NCBI GenBank assembly: GCA_028748975.1
Contig: JAQTPI010000005.1
Location: 8,933 to 72,932 of the forward strand
Direction: 5' to 3'
Length of the DNA stretch: 64,000 bases
From: Patescibacteria group bacterium
Lineage (GTDB): Bacteria; Patescibacteriota; Patescibacteriia; UBA2196
The translations under genes and the position numbers were made by a program. Below the pieces are notes generated by a model, which saw nothing but the letters and a program-made list of their open reading frames with translations, was not told where the DNA came from and did no database searches. This document shows positions 19,862 to 30,371 of this stretch, piece by piece (positions within the stretch are counted from its first letter, which is position 1; every line of letters begins with the position of its first letter).

Positions 19862-21025
19862 TTAGAATATTTTATGAATGATCTGTCCGCCCCAACGCGC
19901 CAGGTCGCGGTAAGTGACGAGGACTACCAAAAGCATCAGCACGGCAAAGCCAATATTATGGACCAGACCCTCAACTTTTTGATTATTTTTTTTGCCGCGG
20001 ATTTTTTCTATGGCCACAAAAAGCAAACGGCCGCCGTCCAGCGCTGGAAAAGGCAAGATATTAATGATGCCTAAATTTAAAGACAAAAGCGCGGTAAATT
20101 GCAGCATATAAATCCAGCCCAATTCCATTACTTGGCCGGTCATGACCGCGATGCCGATGGGTCCGGAAAGATCGGCGGAAACCTCACCTTTGGTAAAAAT
20201 ATTTCTAATAACATCAAAAAGCGCCAAAAGAATGGCCCAAATCATGATGCCGGTGTTTTTAATTCCCTGCCAGATGGCTTCATACCAGGCATAGGAAACA
20301 ACCGCGGTACGCATGAGCCCTACGCCCAAAACCGCGTGGCCATCAGAAGTTTCTAAAATTTTTGGCACCACTTGAATGGTTAAGATGTTTTCCCCTCTTT
20401 TAACTTTAATTTCCACCAGGAGCCCATTTTTTTCCGCGGTATAATCCTGAATTTGTTTGATTTCAGCCATTGTTTTGTCATCAAGAGTTAAAATGGCATC
20501 GCCGACCTTAAGCCCGGCGATTTCGGCCGGCGAATCGGAATTAACTGAAATAATTTGAATTTGATTATCACGCACGTTTTTGGCGTTATGAAGCACGCCA
20601 TCTTCAATGGCCGTGGGCAAACCAATGCCAAATCCAACGGAAAACAAAATTACACAAAGTAAAAAATTTCCCAAAACGCCGGCGGTCAGGATGGCGGCTT
20701 TTTGCCAGGATCTTTTATTAACAAAACTGTCTTTATCGTTTTCACCAACCCCATCTTCGCCTTTGATTTTGACGAAGCCGCCAATGGGCAGGCGATTTAA
20801 AGAATAAACGGTAGAGGGCGCGGTTTCGGCCTTAAATTTGGAGCCCCAAATGATTTTTCTTTTGCCTTCAGAATTTTTATAAAATCCAACCAAGCGCGGC
20901 GGAAAACCCAGGCCGAATTCTTCAATTTTGGTGCCGGTGGCGCGAGCAACAAAAAAATGCCCGGCTTCGTGGACCAGGACGATTATTCCTAAAATGACGA
21001 TAAAAACGAGGATGGTTAGCAACAT
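19862..21025 (-). CDS. rseP: RIP metalloprotease RseP (M50) with PDZ domain
   Basis: HEAGH, PIGGFV, NILPFPALDGG. Confidence 0.95.
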   Translation of the reverse strand: MLLTILVFIVILGIIVLVHEAGHFFVARATGTKIEEFGLGFPPRLVGFYKNSEGKRKIIWGSKFKAETAPSTVYSLNRLPIGGFVKIKGEDGVGENDKDSFVNKRSWQKAAILTAGVLGNFLLCVILFSVGFGIGLPTAIEDGVLHNAKNVRDNQIQIISVNSDSPAEIAGLKVGDAILTLDDKTMAEIKQIQDYTAEKNGLLVEIKVKRGENILTIQVVPKILETSDGHAVLGVGLMRTAVVSYAWYEAIWQGIKNTGIMIWAILLALFDVIRNIFTKGEVSADLSGPIGIAVMTGQVMELGWIYMLQFTALLSLNLGIINILPFPALDGGRLLFVAIEKIRGKKNNQKVEGLVHNIGFAVLMLLVVLVTYRDLARWGGQIIHKIF

Positions 21026-21220
21026 AATTTAATAAATTCCAAGCTCCAAGCACCAATTTCCAAACAAATCTCAAATTTCAATGATCAAAATTCAAAAACC
21101 GTCGTGTTTAGAATTTGAAATTTGATATTTAGAATTTGTTTGTGGTTGTCCTTAGGACAACCATCCCGCAATTCTGCGGGATGCCAGCGGAGCTGGCATT
21201 TGGGATTTGTGATTTGGTGC

Positions 21221-21766
21221 TTATTGCAATATCTCCTTCTCTTTTTTCTCCCCCATCTCTTCCACTTTGGCAGTGTATTCGCGAGTGGTTTTGTCCAAAT
21301 CTTCTTGGAGGCGAAATTTACTGTCTTCATCAATGTCTTTGTTTTTTTCCGCGGTTTGAATTTCATTTCTGATTTCATCACGCAGAGCGCGCAGGGAAAT
21401 TCTAGATTTTTCTATTTTTTCGTTCAAAAGTTTGATGACTTGCTTCCGCGTGTCTTCGGTCATGGGCGGCATGGTCAGGCGCAAAAAATTACCCTCATTT
21501 TTAATGGAGAGGCCAAGCGAGGCTGTTTCCAGGGCTTTCTCCACGTCTTTCAAAATATTTTTATCCCAGGTTTCCACTAAAAGCTGGCGCGGTTCGGGCA
21601 CACTAATTGAACCAAGTTGAATTAGGGGCATTTTGGAGCCATAAACATCAACTTTGATATTTTCCACTAAAGACGGCGTGACGTTACTGGTACGCAGTCC
21701 GCCAATTTCTATTTTGGTGTGCTCTAAAATTTTTTCAAAAAATTCTTTTTTGTCTTGAATATTCAT
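21221..21766 (-). CDS. frr: Ribosome recycling factor
   Basis: VDVYGSKMPL, PPMTEDTRK, KKEKEI. Confidence 0.93.
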   Translation of the reverse strand: MNIQDKKEFFEKILEHTKIEIGGLRTSNVTPSLVENIKVDVYGSKMPLIQLGSISVPEPRQLLVETWDKNILKDVEKALETASLGLSIKNEGNFLRLTMPPMTEDTRKQVIKLLNEKIEKSRISLRALRDEIRNEIQTAEKNKDIDEDSKFRLQEDLDKTTREYTAKVEEMGEKKEKEILQ

Positions 21767-21773
21767 ATATTTT

Positions 21774-22841
21774 TTATAAAAAGAAAAATGGTTTATTATT
21801 TACGACCGCGACACCAAAATAAATAGTATTGACTGTTTCCGAATCAACGATTAAAAAAGAAACGGCGCGAGTGGTCGGAGCTTTAACCGAAAGCCAGGTT
21901 TTACCCGCGTCAAAAGAATGATAAATGGTATCGTCGGTGGCATAGTAAAGGTGTTTGTTGTTTTGCGGATTAATAGCCAGGGTGTTGATGATGGCGGTAT
22001 TGTCCGGTGTGAGTAATTTGATTTTTTGCCAGGTTTCACCACCATCAGTGGATCTAATGATACCAAAATCAGAGGCGTAAAGTAAACCATCGGCGAAGCC
22101 CGGATCAAGAACCAAAAAACGATATTGAGTGACAGAATAATTTAAATTCTCATATTTTTCTTTGAGATTTAACCAGGTTAAACCGCGATCGCTGGTTTTA
22201 TAAATACCCGCGTGCAAGGTGGCGGCATAAATAATTTTAGGATTTTTTTTATTAATTAGGATCTTTCTAATATTATCTTTGGTTTCATAAGACAGTTTCC
22301 AGCTTTCACCAGCATCAGTGCTTTGAAAAATTTCACCATTAGAGGTACCCATGATTAAACGCTGACTATCGGAGGGATCGATGGCAATTTGCGTAATTTG
22401 CACTTCAAGCCTGTTTTCCAGATAAATTTGGCGCCAGCTTTGGCCCTGGTCAATGGTTTTATAAATTTTATTATCAACCGCAAAATAGATTACGCCACGA
22501 CTTTTGGGATCGGGCGCCACAGAATAAACAAAACCAGTAGTAAAAATTTGACGCCATTCCTCGCCGCTATTTTCGGAAATAAAAAGCCCATTACCGCGGG
22601 TGGCCAGATAGAGCAAGGAATGATCGTGAGGATCGAAAACTATTTCTTTGGTGTTGATGTTACTGATATTGTTTTTTTTATTCCTAATCATAGCAGAATT
22701 TTTTTGTTCCCAATTCTCGCCATAATCGGAGGATTTAAAAACACCGCCGGTTTCTTGAGGTGAAGAAACAAAAGGAAATGAACAAGCGGTAGTGAGGAGA
22801 AGTAGACCTATTAAAATTGTAAATAATTTTATTTTGGACAT
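21774..22841 (-). CDS. BNR/YCF48-like beta-propeller lipoprotein
   Basis: Lipobox TTAC; many S.D.G.(S/T)W Asp-boxes. Confidence 0.88.
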   Translation of the reverse strand: MSKIKLFTILIGLLLLTTACSFPFVSSPQETGGVFKSSDYGENWEQKNSAMIRNKKNNISNINTKEIVFDPHDHSLLYLATRGNGLFISENSGEEWRQIFTTGFVYSVAPDPKSRGVIYFAVDNKIYKTIDQGQSWRQIYLENRLEVQITQIAIDPSDSQRLIMGTSNGEIFQSTDAGESWKLSYETKDNIRKILINKKNPKIIYAATLHAGIYKTSDRGLTWLNLKEKYENLNYSVTQYRFLVLDPGFADGLLYASDFGIIRSTDGGETWQKIKLLTPDNTAIINTLAINPQNNKHLYYATDDTIYHSFDAGKTWLSVKAPTTRAVSFLIVDSETVNTIYFGVAVVNNKPFFFL

Positions 22842-23035
22842 AGGTTTTGGGTGGTTGTCATCCTGAGCGATAGCGAAGGATCCCGTGGCCGAAGAGGAAG
22901 ATAATAAAGATATAAGGAAATAAGGATATAACAGGCTAATTTTATATATCTTTATATCTCTATATCCTTATATTTTTTCATTAAACAACGAGATCCCTCA
23001 TCCCGAGTATTCGGGACTCGGGATGACAAACGTTT

Positions 23036-24055
23036 TTAAAAATTCAATAGTATATTTTCCAACACCAATCTGGGATTGGCGTTTTGCCTTAAATATAGTT
23101 TGGAGTTTTCCAGATCGCGATTGATTTTAACCAAGCGGTCGGCCTCAAAATAGGGCGCTAAACGTTCCAATTCGCTTTTGATCTTGCTATTGATAATTAT
23201 ATCAGATAAACCAAGTTTGGACAACAAAATATCCCGAAAGATTGTCTGCCAGAAACCAAGCAAGGGGAAAAGCGCTTCACTTTGTTCCAACAGCGTCCCT
23301 TTTTCGGAAAGCAGAGCTTCGGCAAATTTTATTTTTTCATGGTTTTTGGCAGAAACGAGTTTAAAAAAAGTATTGAGATTGTCAAGATATTTTTGCCAGA
23401 GATCTTTATTTTTAAGATAAGAAAGCGCCACGCCGGGCCGGCCGCCCGAAAGCGTGGCGATGGGCCAGGCGCTTTCCCGCGGCACGTTTTTTTCTTTAAT
23501 CAGAAATTCATAAATTTCTTTTTTCCCTACGGGCAAAAAATGAATTTTCTGACTGCGGGAAACAATGGTTTTGGGCAAACCATCAATTCTCTCGGCAATT
23601 AAAATTATAATGGTGCGGCCGCGCGGTTCTTCCAAAACTTTCAAAAGAGCGTTGGCGGCTGACAGCGACAGATTTTCCGCGCCGGAAATTATGGCGATTT
23701 TATATGATTTGAAAAATGATTTAGCGGAAAGTTTATCTTTGATTTCACGGATTTGTTCCACGGAAATATTTTTATCGCCAGTTTCCTTAGCCAACCAAAA
23801 AAAATCAGGATGAATTTTTTTGCCAACTTCCCGGCAAAACTCGCATGCTCCACAGGGAACGGTTTTAAGGTCGGCGCGCCCTTCCTCTTTTTGGTGTTCA
23901 TAACACAAAAGCGCTTTGACAAATTGCATAGCAGTCTCGTTTTTACCGACATTTTTGGGGCCATAAAAAAGATAGGCCTGCGCCAAGCGCTTGCTTTCAA
24001 TGGAATTTTCCAGATATTTAAGAATATTTTTATGGCCGATGAGGGACCAGTTCAT
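23036..24055 (-). CDS. holB: DNA polymerase III delta' subunit
   Basis: AYLFYGP, C..PCG.C..C, HPD, AANALLKVLEEP, TIVSR. Confidence 0.92.
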   Translation of the reverse strand: MNWSLIGHKNILKYLENSIESKRLAQAYLFYGPKNVGKNETAMQFVKALLCYEHQKEEGRADLKTVPCGACEFCREVGKKIHPDFFWLAKETGDKNISVEQIREIKDKLSAKSFFKSYKIAIISGAENLSLSAANALLKVLEEPRGRTIIILIAERIDGLPKTIVSRSQKIHFLPVGKKEIYEFLIKEKNVPRESAWPIATLSGGRPGVALSYLKNKDLWQKYLDNLNTFFKLVSAKNHEKIKFAEALLSEKGTLLEQSEALFPLLGFWQTIFRDILLSKLGLSDIIINSKIKSELERLAPYFEADRLVKINRDLENSKLYLRQNANPRLVLENILLNF

Positions 24056-24121
24056 AAAATCATTTTAGCATGTTAGTATTAGAGCATAAAAGCATTAAAA
24101 CAAATGGTTAATCGTTCGGCT

Positions 24122-24303
24122 GCCGCTTCAAAAGAATTTTGGTATAAAAGCGAGCTGAGTCGGAACAATTTTCTGCCGCAGCAGAAAAAATTTTGCTTCT
24201 GTCTGACGCAGTTCCGCCGAAGCTCAACAGAGCGAGGCGGAACAAGGAGTTAACAAAATTAGTGACGACGAAGCCGCTTTTGTCAAAATTCTTTTGCCGC
24301 GGC
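24122..24303. mobile_element. ~180-bp MITE-like palindromic element
   Basis: Terminal inverted repeats CAAAAGAATTTTG..AAAAGCG / CGCTTTT..CAAAATTCTTTTG with internal hairpins; overlaps the 3' end of the GT2 gene. Confidence 0.55.
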
Positions 24304-25140
24304 GATTTTGGCGCCACCTTTATAAAAAGGTGGCTGGAAATTTCTCCATTTCCAAAAATATTTAAACCAAGAAATGATATGGATAAAAGTATTTTCCGTA
24401 AAGATATCCAAAAACCACTTGTTTTTTTGCGAAGTGCGGGCGTAATAATGAATCATTTCGGCTTCGGGCAGATACCAAACTTCAAAACCTTTTTGCCAAA
24501 AACGGCGGCAGAGATCCGTGTCTTCCAGATACATAAAAAACCTCTCATCAAAACCGCCAATTTCCTGAAAATTATTTTTTCTAATCAGCATGGCCGCTCC
24601 CCTGACCCAGTCAATTTGGTGCGGGCCCTCCAAAACCACATCTTCCATAAAATATTTTTTGATTTTTTCTTTGCCGAATTTTAGATCGCCAAGGCCAGTG
24701 CGCACAAAAGCGGGAATGTAAATTTTGGGAAAGCGATAGCGCGAGGGCTGATAATTTTTATTGGGATAGAAAAACTTGGGCGCGACAATGCCGACTTTCT
24801 CGTTTTTTTCCAGAAAATCAACTAAATTTTCAATGGAATTTTCTGTCACCACCACGTCAGGATTTAGAATTAAAAGATATTGACCGGCGGCGATTGTGGC
24901 GCCGGCGTTATTGCCCGCGCCCATGCCCCGATTGTGGCGGAGAGGCAGAAATTTGATTTGGCCGTTATGAAGTTCCGCGCCGAATCTTTCTTTCAAAATT
25001 TGTTCCATTTTGTCATGAGAATTGTTGTCCACCACGATTATTTCATAAGGAAAATTCAAATTTAAGGCCAGAATGTTTTTCAGGCAGTGCTTGGCCAAAT
25101 TGGCGGTTTTATAGTTTAAAATTATTATAGAGAGAAGCAT
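24283..25140 (-). CDS. Glycosyltransferase family 2
   Basis: VVDNNS.D, LNPD, FDERFFMYLEDTD. Confidence 0.93.
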   Translation of the reverse strand: MLLSIIILNYKTANLAKHCLKNILALNLNFPYEIIVVDNNSHDKMEQILKERFGAELHNGQIKFLPLRHNRGMGAGNNAGATIAAGQYLLILNPDVVVTENSIENLVDFLEKNEKVGIVAPKFFYPNKNYQPSRYRFPKIYIPAFVRTGLGDLKFGKEKIKKYFMEDVVLEGPHQIDWVRGAAMLIRKNNFQEIGGFDERFFMYLEDTDLCRRFWQKGFEVWYLPEAEMIHYYARTSQKNKWFLDIFTENTFIHIISWFKYFWKWRNFQPPFYKGGAKIAAAKEF

Positions 25141-25145
25141 AAAAA

Positions 25146-26144
25146 TTATTTTCTAATCAATTTTCTCTTGGCGCGCATTTTGGGTATTAATTTCAGGGCT
25201 TGGAAAAAACCTTTTAAGGTTGGCCAGTCAAAGAAGATTAAATAAACTAATTTGCGGAATTCATACCAAAAAATCGGGAAAAAGTTGCGCCAGAAATCGC
25301 GGGTGTTTTCGTTTTTTATTAGACATAAGAGATGGTTGCGATAGGAAAGGCGGCGGATTAAGCGGTTTTTCTTTTTATAAAATTTGGCCACGGACAAATT
25401 GGTATATTTTTTAGTGGTGGTGGGCGTACCGCGGAAATGATAGGCAGTGGCTTCGGGCACAAAAATTGCCTGGAAACCGGTTTGTTTAAGCCGCCAGCTT
25501 AGATCAATATCTTCTTTGTAGGAAAAGAAATCTTCATCAAAATATTCATGTCCGTATTTTATTTTTTCCAAGGCAGTGCGGCGATAGAGAACGGCGGCGG
25601 CGCAAAAACCAAAGGGATTTAAATTTTTATCATATTGGCCGCGGTCTTCTTCGCTCTCGCCGATATTAAGGAAACGACGATTGCGCTTCATCTCCAAACC
25701 GCAACTGTCAATTATTTTAGTTTTTTCAATTTCAAAAAAACCCTGGCCATAGGATTCACCGGAGTGGGCGCGTAGTAATTTTCCAGCCGCGCTGCCGATG
25801 TTTCTATCTTTTTCCATGACGGTCAAAAGTTTTTCCAGATAATCCGGTTCCAAAACAATATCAGCATTCAAAACCAAAACATAATCGGTGGCGCTCATCC
25901 TGATGGCTTGATTATAGCTTTTGGCAAAACCCAAATTTTGCGTGTTTCTCAAAATATGGACTTCGGGATATTCTTTTTGCAAAAAAGCTACCGAATTATC
26001 AACCGATCCGGAATCAACCACATCAATGGAAATTTTAATGTCATAATCCTCGCGCGTCAAAACCGACTGCTTGAAAATTGATTTCATCAGTTCGGGCAGA
26101 TATTTTTCAGAGTTCCAGGTGGCGAGGCAGATGGAGAGAGTCAT
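25146..26144 (-). CDS. Glycosyltransferase family 2
   Basis: VVDSGS.D, LNAD, FDEDFFSYKEDID. Confidence 0.93.
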   Translation of the reverse strand: MTLSICLATWNSEKYLPELMKSIFKQSVLTREDYDIKISIDVVDSGSVDNSVAFLQKEYPEVHILRNTQNLGFAKSYNQAIRMSATDYVLVLNADIVLEPDYLEKLLTVMEKDRNIGSAAGKLLRAHSGESYGQGFFEIEKTKIIDSCGLEMKRNRRFLNIGESEEDRGQYDKNLNPFGFCAAAVLYRRTALEKIKYGHEYFDEDFFSYKEDIDLSWRLKQTGFQAIFVPEATAYHFRGTPTTTKKYTNLSVAKFYKKKNRLIRRLSYRNHLLCLIKNENTRDFWRNFFPIFWYEFRKLVYLIFFDWPTLKGFFQALKLIPKMRAKRKLIRK

Positions 26145-26175
26145 AAAAGCATTTTAGCATGTTAGCATAAAAACA

Positions 26176-27906
26176 TTAAAACATTAGAGCAAAAGACAAA
26201 ACTATAAATCCTATACCTAATGGATGGTTTAAGTATGGACTGAAAATGTTTACTGTTAAAAGAGAAATGAGAGCAAGGGCAAAGCCAATTCGTAATCTGT
26301 AATTAGTAATTTGTAATTCGTAATTTGTAATCTGCCCGCCTGTCGGCGAGGCAGATAATTCGTTTTTGACATTTAATATTTGAGCTTTGACATTTACCAA
26401 ACGTTTCAAAATCGTAAAAATTAAAAATAAATAAACTAATATTCCAACCACGCCAAACTTTAGAACCATATCTAGATACCCCCACTCAAAAGCATAGGTG
26501 GTAATTTTTCCGCTGCCGCCGGCGGTTTGCGGCACAAGGCGCGGGTCGTTGGAATTATAGGTTATGGTTTTGCCAAAGCCAAAGCCGATAAAAGGACTTT
26601 TGAGGATTTCCTGCGTTAGGGGCTTAATTTGGCTTATTCTGGAACTGGCAGCCGCGTCTACCCCAAAACGGCCCTGAAGGGCATTTAAAAAGGCATTTTC
26701 GTCCCTCTGAGGAGGCAAAATTAGGGCCAGAAAGGCCACAAAAAGAGCCAAAACAACCACTCCCAGTATTTTAGCAAAATTACGCGCAAAAGCCAGAGCG
26801 CCATTAATCCCGAGCGAGCGGAGCGAGCCGAGGAATCTCATACCCTTTTTACACAAAAAAGATGTGCCGAGATCCCTCGATTCGTCGCTTTCGCTCCTCA
26901 CTCGGGATAAACTACCAACGAGAAAAACAAAAACACCAACGCCGAGACCAACCCAGAAGCTGCGGGAAAACGAGAGAATTAGTGACAAGAGACAAGCGAC
27001 AAGTAACGCGTAATTTGTAATTTGTAATTTGTAATTTGTATTTTTTTTGGAAATTGGAAATTGCCTGCCTGCCGGCGAGGCAGGGAAATTGGAAATTTGG
27101 GGTAATAACAAAAAAAATAAAATTAATAAATATACTTGTGATTGAATAAATATTCTAAAAATATTACCGCTGACGTGGGTGACTTCCCCGCTTAAAGTAT
27201 CGCGGATAAATTTATAAATCGTGGTCCAAAGTCCGCCATCAGCATGCGAAAAAACATAAAAAAGAAAAAGAGTTTTAAGGGAAAGAAAAAGTGCGGCAGC
27301 GGCGAGAATAGAAATTAGTGTATTGGTAAATTCTGATTTTTTTAATTTTACTATTGACAAAACCGGCAATAACAATAAAAAATACAACCAATTATTGAAA
27401 TCTAAAAAGATATTGGCGAAACCATTACCGCGCAGAAGACCGTGGAGAAAGGAAAGTAATAAAATACCGGTGAAAATTAAAAGCCATTTTTTTTCTGTCA
27501 TCCCGAGAGCCGATGGCCATCGGCTCGGTGGGATCTTGTTTGGAGATTGAGATTCCATCGCTCTCCGCCAGCTGGCGGATCGCTCGGAATGACGGATATT
27601 TTTTATTTGATTCACGAGCCACACCGCCATAACTATCAGAAACAACATTACTCTCAAAGAAATTTTTGTGCCGCCGAAGTTGAAACTGAAAAGATAGCCA
27701 AACGAGCCGACAAAAAGTTCGGCGAAAATAAAATATAATCCGTATTCTATTTTTTTTAAAGACAAAATTAAAACCAAAACCGCGAGCGCCCAGAAACAAA
27801 CATTATTTATTAATAAAAATTTCCAACCCAAAAACGATAAAATTTCCGCCACGGCCAGCGAGAAAAAAACGAGCTTAAAAATTTTAAAGTTGATGAGGTT
27901 TGACAT
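26176..27906 (-). CDS. O-antigen ligase/Wzy-like polytopic membrane protein
   Basis: Many TMs, SFSRSFW, SPFIGFGFG; four in-frame repeat insertions. Confidence 0.82.
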   Translation of the reverse strand: MSNLINFKIFKLVFFSLAVAEILSFLGWKFLLINNVCFWALAVLVLILSLKKIEYGLYFIFAELFVGSFGYLFSFNFGGTKISLRVMLFLIVMAVWLVNQIKNIRHSERSASWRRAMESQSPNKIPPSRWPSALGMTEKKWLLIFTGILLLSFLHGLLRGNGFANIFLDFNNWLYFLLLLPVLSIVKLKKSEFTNTLISILAAAALFLSLKTLFLFYVFSHADGGLWTTIYKFIRDTLSGEVTHVSGNIFRIFIQSQVYLLILFFLLLPQISNFPASPAGRQFPISKKNTNYKLQITNYALLVACLLSLILSFSRSFWVGLGVGVFVFLVGSLSRVRSESDESRDLGTSFLCKKGMRFLGSLRSLGINGALAFARNFAKILGVVVLALFVAFLALILPPQRDENAFLNALQGRFGVDAAASSRISQIKPLTQEILKSPFIGFGFGKTITYNSNDPRLVPQTAGGSGKITTYAFEWGYLDMVLKFGVVGILVYLFLIFTILKRLVNVKAQILNVKNELSASPTGGQITNYELQITNYRLRIGFALALISLLTVNIFSPYLNHPLGIGFIVLSFALMF

Positions 27907-27978
27907 TATTTTTTGGGTATGCTACGCTTAAATTGATAGTGATGATCCACTCAAAAAAACAAAAAAGGAGGTTAAACA

Positions 27979-28197
27979 ATGGGCAATCATTTTGTCGTTC
28001 TTAAATCAAATTTACTTGGTTCTCTTGAAGACCCACTGTATCGACAGATTATGGGCTGTACTTTTAGTGAAAAAGAGCTTCGGGCTTGGGCAAAAGAATC
28101 TTTTGCTGTACCAAATGGGGTATCCTTTCGAAAAATCGCCCGTGTCATTGCAAAAAGTGGCTGGGTTTTAACAAAAATTATTCCAACAAAAACTTGA
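27979..28197 (+). CDS. Hypothetical protein
   Basis: Promoter at 27900-27928, AAGGAGG SD, terminator at ~28215-28240. Confidence 0.6.
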   Translation: MGNHFVVLKSNLLGSLEDPLYRQIMGCTFSEKELRAWAKESFAVPNGVSFRKIARVIAKSGWVLTKIIPTKT

Positions 28198-28243
28198 GTT
28201 GGTTTTCATCTTGTAGCCTCGAGGTTTATCGAGGCTTTTTGTT

Positions 28244-29287
28244 TTACAAATTTTTATTCTTCCCAAAAATTTTTCTGACGCCGATTACGCTATCTAACCA
28301 AGTCAATAATAAATTTATCGGCTGGAGGAGCCACAAAATAAATAATTGCCAGAATGGTTTGTGTTTGCGGAAATAGTGATATAAGCTTTTATTGAAATTA
28401 ATTTGTTTGCGCAGGCTGGCTACTTGTTTAAAACTTTGTTCTTTATGATGAATAATCTGCCAATTGGGGAAAAAATATGTTTTGTAGCCGGCGGATTTGG
28501 CGCGGAGGCAGAAATCCACTTCTTCAAAAACCGCCCAGAAGTTTTCATCTAAAAGACCGATTTTATTAAACACTTCCCTTTTAATCAACATGGCGGCGCC
28601 CATGATTTGGTCAACTTCCCTAATTTCGTCGTGCTTAAAATCCAGCATAAAATATTCTTTAATAGAATCTATTTTTTCCGGAAAGAAATTATAAAATTTT
28701 AGTTGGACAAAAATTTGGTCTAATAATTTGGGAAACCGGCGGCAGGATTTTTGGAGAGTGCCGTCGGAATTAAGAAGTTTGGGACCCAGAATTCCGCAAG
28801 CTGGGTGCATTTTTATAAATTCTATTGCTTTTTCAATTCCATTATTAATAAGTTCGGTGTCGGGATTTAAAAGTAAAATAAAATCATTCTTACTTGTCAT
28901 CCCGGGCCGCGACACGGGATCCAGAAAAAAAGTTCCTGGATTCCGGCCTTCGCCGGAATGACAAACTATTTTTAAGGCTTGATTGTTGGCCTTGGCAAAT
29001 CCCAGATTTTCTTTATTAGCAATAATCTGTAAGTTTTCCAAATTATTTTCTTTTTTAAATTCTGCTACCGCCGCCACTGTGCCGTCGGAAGAATTATTAT
29101 CTACTAGAAAAACTTCCGTCAAGATTCCCGCCTGCGCCTGCTTCGCCGCCCGCTTCGACTCGGTCGAATCGAGGCGAGAATCAAGGCGAGCGGGAATGAC
29201 ATTATGAAAATAATCAAAAATTGACCTTAAACATTTTAAGGTCAATTCGCGGGTATTCCAGGAAACAATAATAATAGAGAGGGACAT
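28244..29287 (-). CDS. Glycosyltransferase family 2
   Basis: SIIIVSWN, VDNNSSDGT, LLNPD, EEVDFC; start at MSLSII. Confidence 0.92.
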   Translation of the reverse strand: MSLSIIIVSWNTRELTLKCLRSIFDYFHNVIPARLDSRLDSTESKRAAKQAQAGILTEVFLVDNNSSDGTVAAVAEFKKENNLENLQIIANKENLGFAKANNQALKIVCHSGEGRNPGTFFLDPVSRPGMTSKNDFILLLNPDTELINNGIEKAIEFIKMHPACGILGPKLLNSDGTLQKSCRRFPKLLDQIFVQLKFYNFFPEKIDSIKEYFMLDFKHDEIREVDQIMGAAMLIKREVFNKIGLLDENFWAVFEEVDFCLRAKSAGYKTYFFPNWQIIHHKEQSFKQVASLRKQINFNKSLYHYFRKHKPFWQLFILWLLQPINLLLTWLDSVIGVRKIFGKNKNL

Positions 29288-29292
29288 AATAT

Positions 29293-30228
29293 TTATAAGA
29301 CCGGGCAAGTATTGGTACTAATGTGTATATGAGTTGATTCTGGATAATATTTTCCACCATTACCTTCCACTAGTATTTTTAATATAGCTGCTTTTTGACT
29401 ATTTAAATTTTGAATATCAATGGCATATGAACCGTCTTTTTTATTATTACCATAATGGCAAGAACCATTCGCGTGATAACAGCAACTATCTCCGTCGTGG
29501 TCTTTATTATCATTGGGGCATTGTCCAAGATAATGATCACGGCAAGTAACTAAACCATGATTATCACTAATAGATGTAATAATTATATCGGAGACAGATA
29601 AGGTTACATTATTGATTGTTTTTGGCAATTTATCATAAATTTTTGCTAAAAATTTTGCTAAGGAAGGAGAAACATCTTGACATTGACTTGATTTTATACC
29701 AAAAATTTGAAATCCCAAACAACTATTACCGGTGATTGGCGGTGTCGTACCAACTGACCCATTATTTTGTTGGATTGATTGAGTATCAATTGCCGGTTCG
29801 CTAATACATTCCAATTTATTCCATTTGCCTCCTAAGGAAAAAACAGAAGCATCATTGGCGGTGAATTTTTCTATAATTAAATTGACACCCACCCAGGCAA
29901 AATAGATAATCAAAATGCCGGTTAAAGAACCGATGATTTTGGTCCGAGCGGATTTGATTTTATCGGGCGAGCCGGCACTGATGATCATTTCCAAACCAGC
30001 CCAGACAAACATGAGGAGCGAAGCGACGCCAGCCAGCATCAAAATTAGCCGCACAATCTTATTGATCATGGCGACAATGTCGCAAGTGCCACAACCGCCG
30101 GGTGTGTCGTAGCAGGGCATACACAGCAAACTGTCGCCACAATTTAGGGTTGAGGCAGAAGCCGCTAAAACGGCGATGGGGGTTAAAATTACGACCATTA
30201 AAATTAGGGGGAAAAGTAGATGTTTCAT
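29293..30228 (-). CDS. CPR-type pilin-like protein with a C-terminal Cys-rich M15-like metallopeptidase domain
   Basis: Pilin-like core (LLMFVWAG..II.AG..DKI..A...I..SL.G..I); C-terminal SCH...AID...HIH. Confidence 0.7.
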   Translation of the reverse strand: MKHLLFPLILMVVILTPIAVLAASASTLNCGDSLLCMPCYDTPGGCGTCDIVAMINKIVRLILMLAGVASLLMFVWAGLEMIISAGSPDKIKSARTKIIGSLTGILIIYFAWVGVNLIIEKFTANDASVFSLGGKWNKLECISEPAIDTQSIQQNNGSVGTTPPITGNSCLGFQIFGIKSSQCQDVSPSLAKFLAKIYDKLPKTINNVTLSVSDIIITSISDNHGLVTCRDHYLGQCPNDNKDHDGDSCCYHANGSCHYGNNKKDGSYAIDIQNLNSQKAAILKILVEGNGGKYYPESTHIHISTNTCPVL

Positions 30229-30371
30229 AAAATCATTATAGCATAAAAGCATTAAAGCATAAAAGCATTAAAGCAACAATATGTGCCTAGCGGCGAAATC
30301 AATAAACACCCCTCCGCCAGCTGGCGGACCCTTCCTTTTCAAAGATGGGAGAAAAATGCTAAAATATAGAC

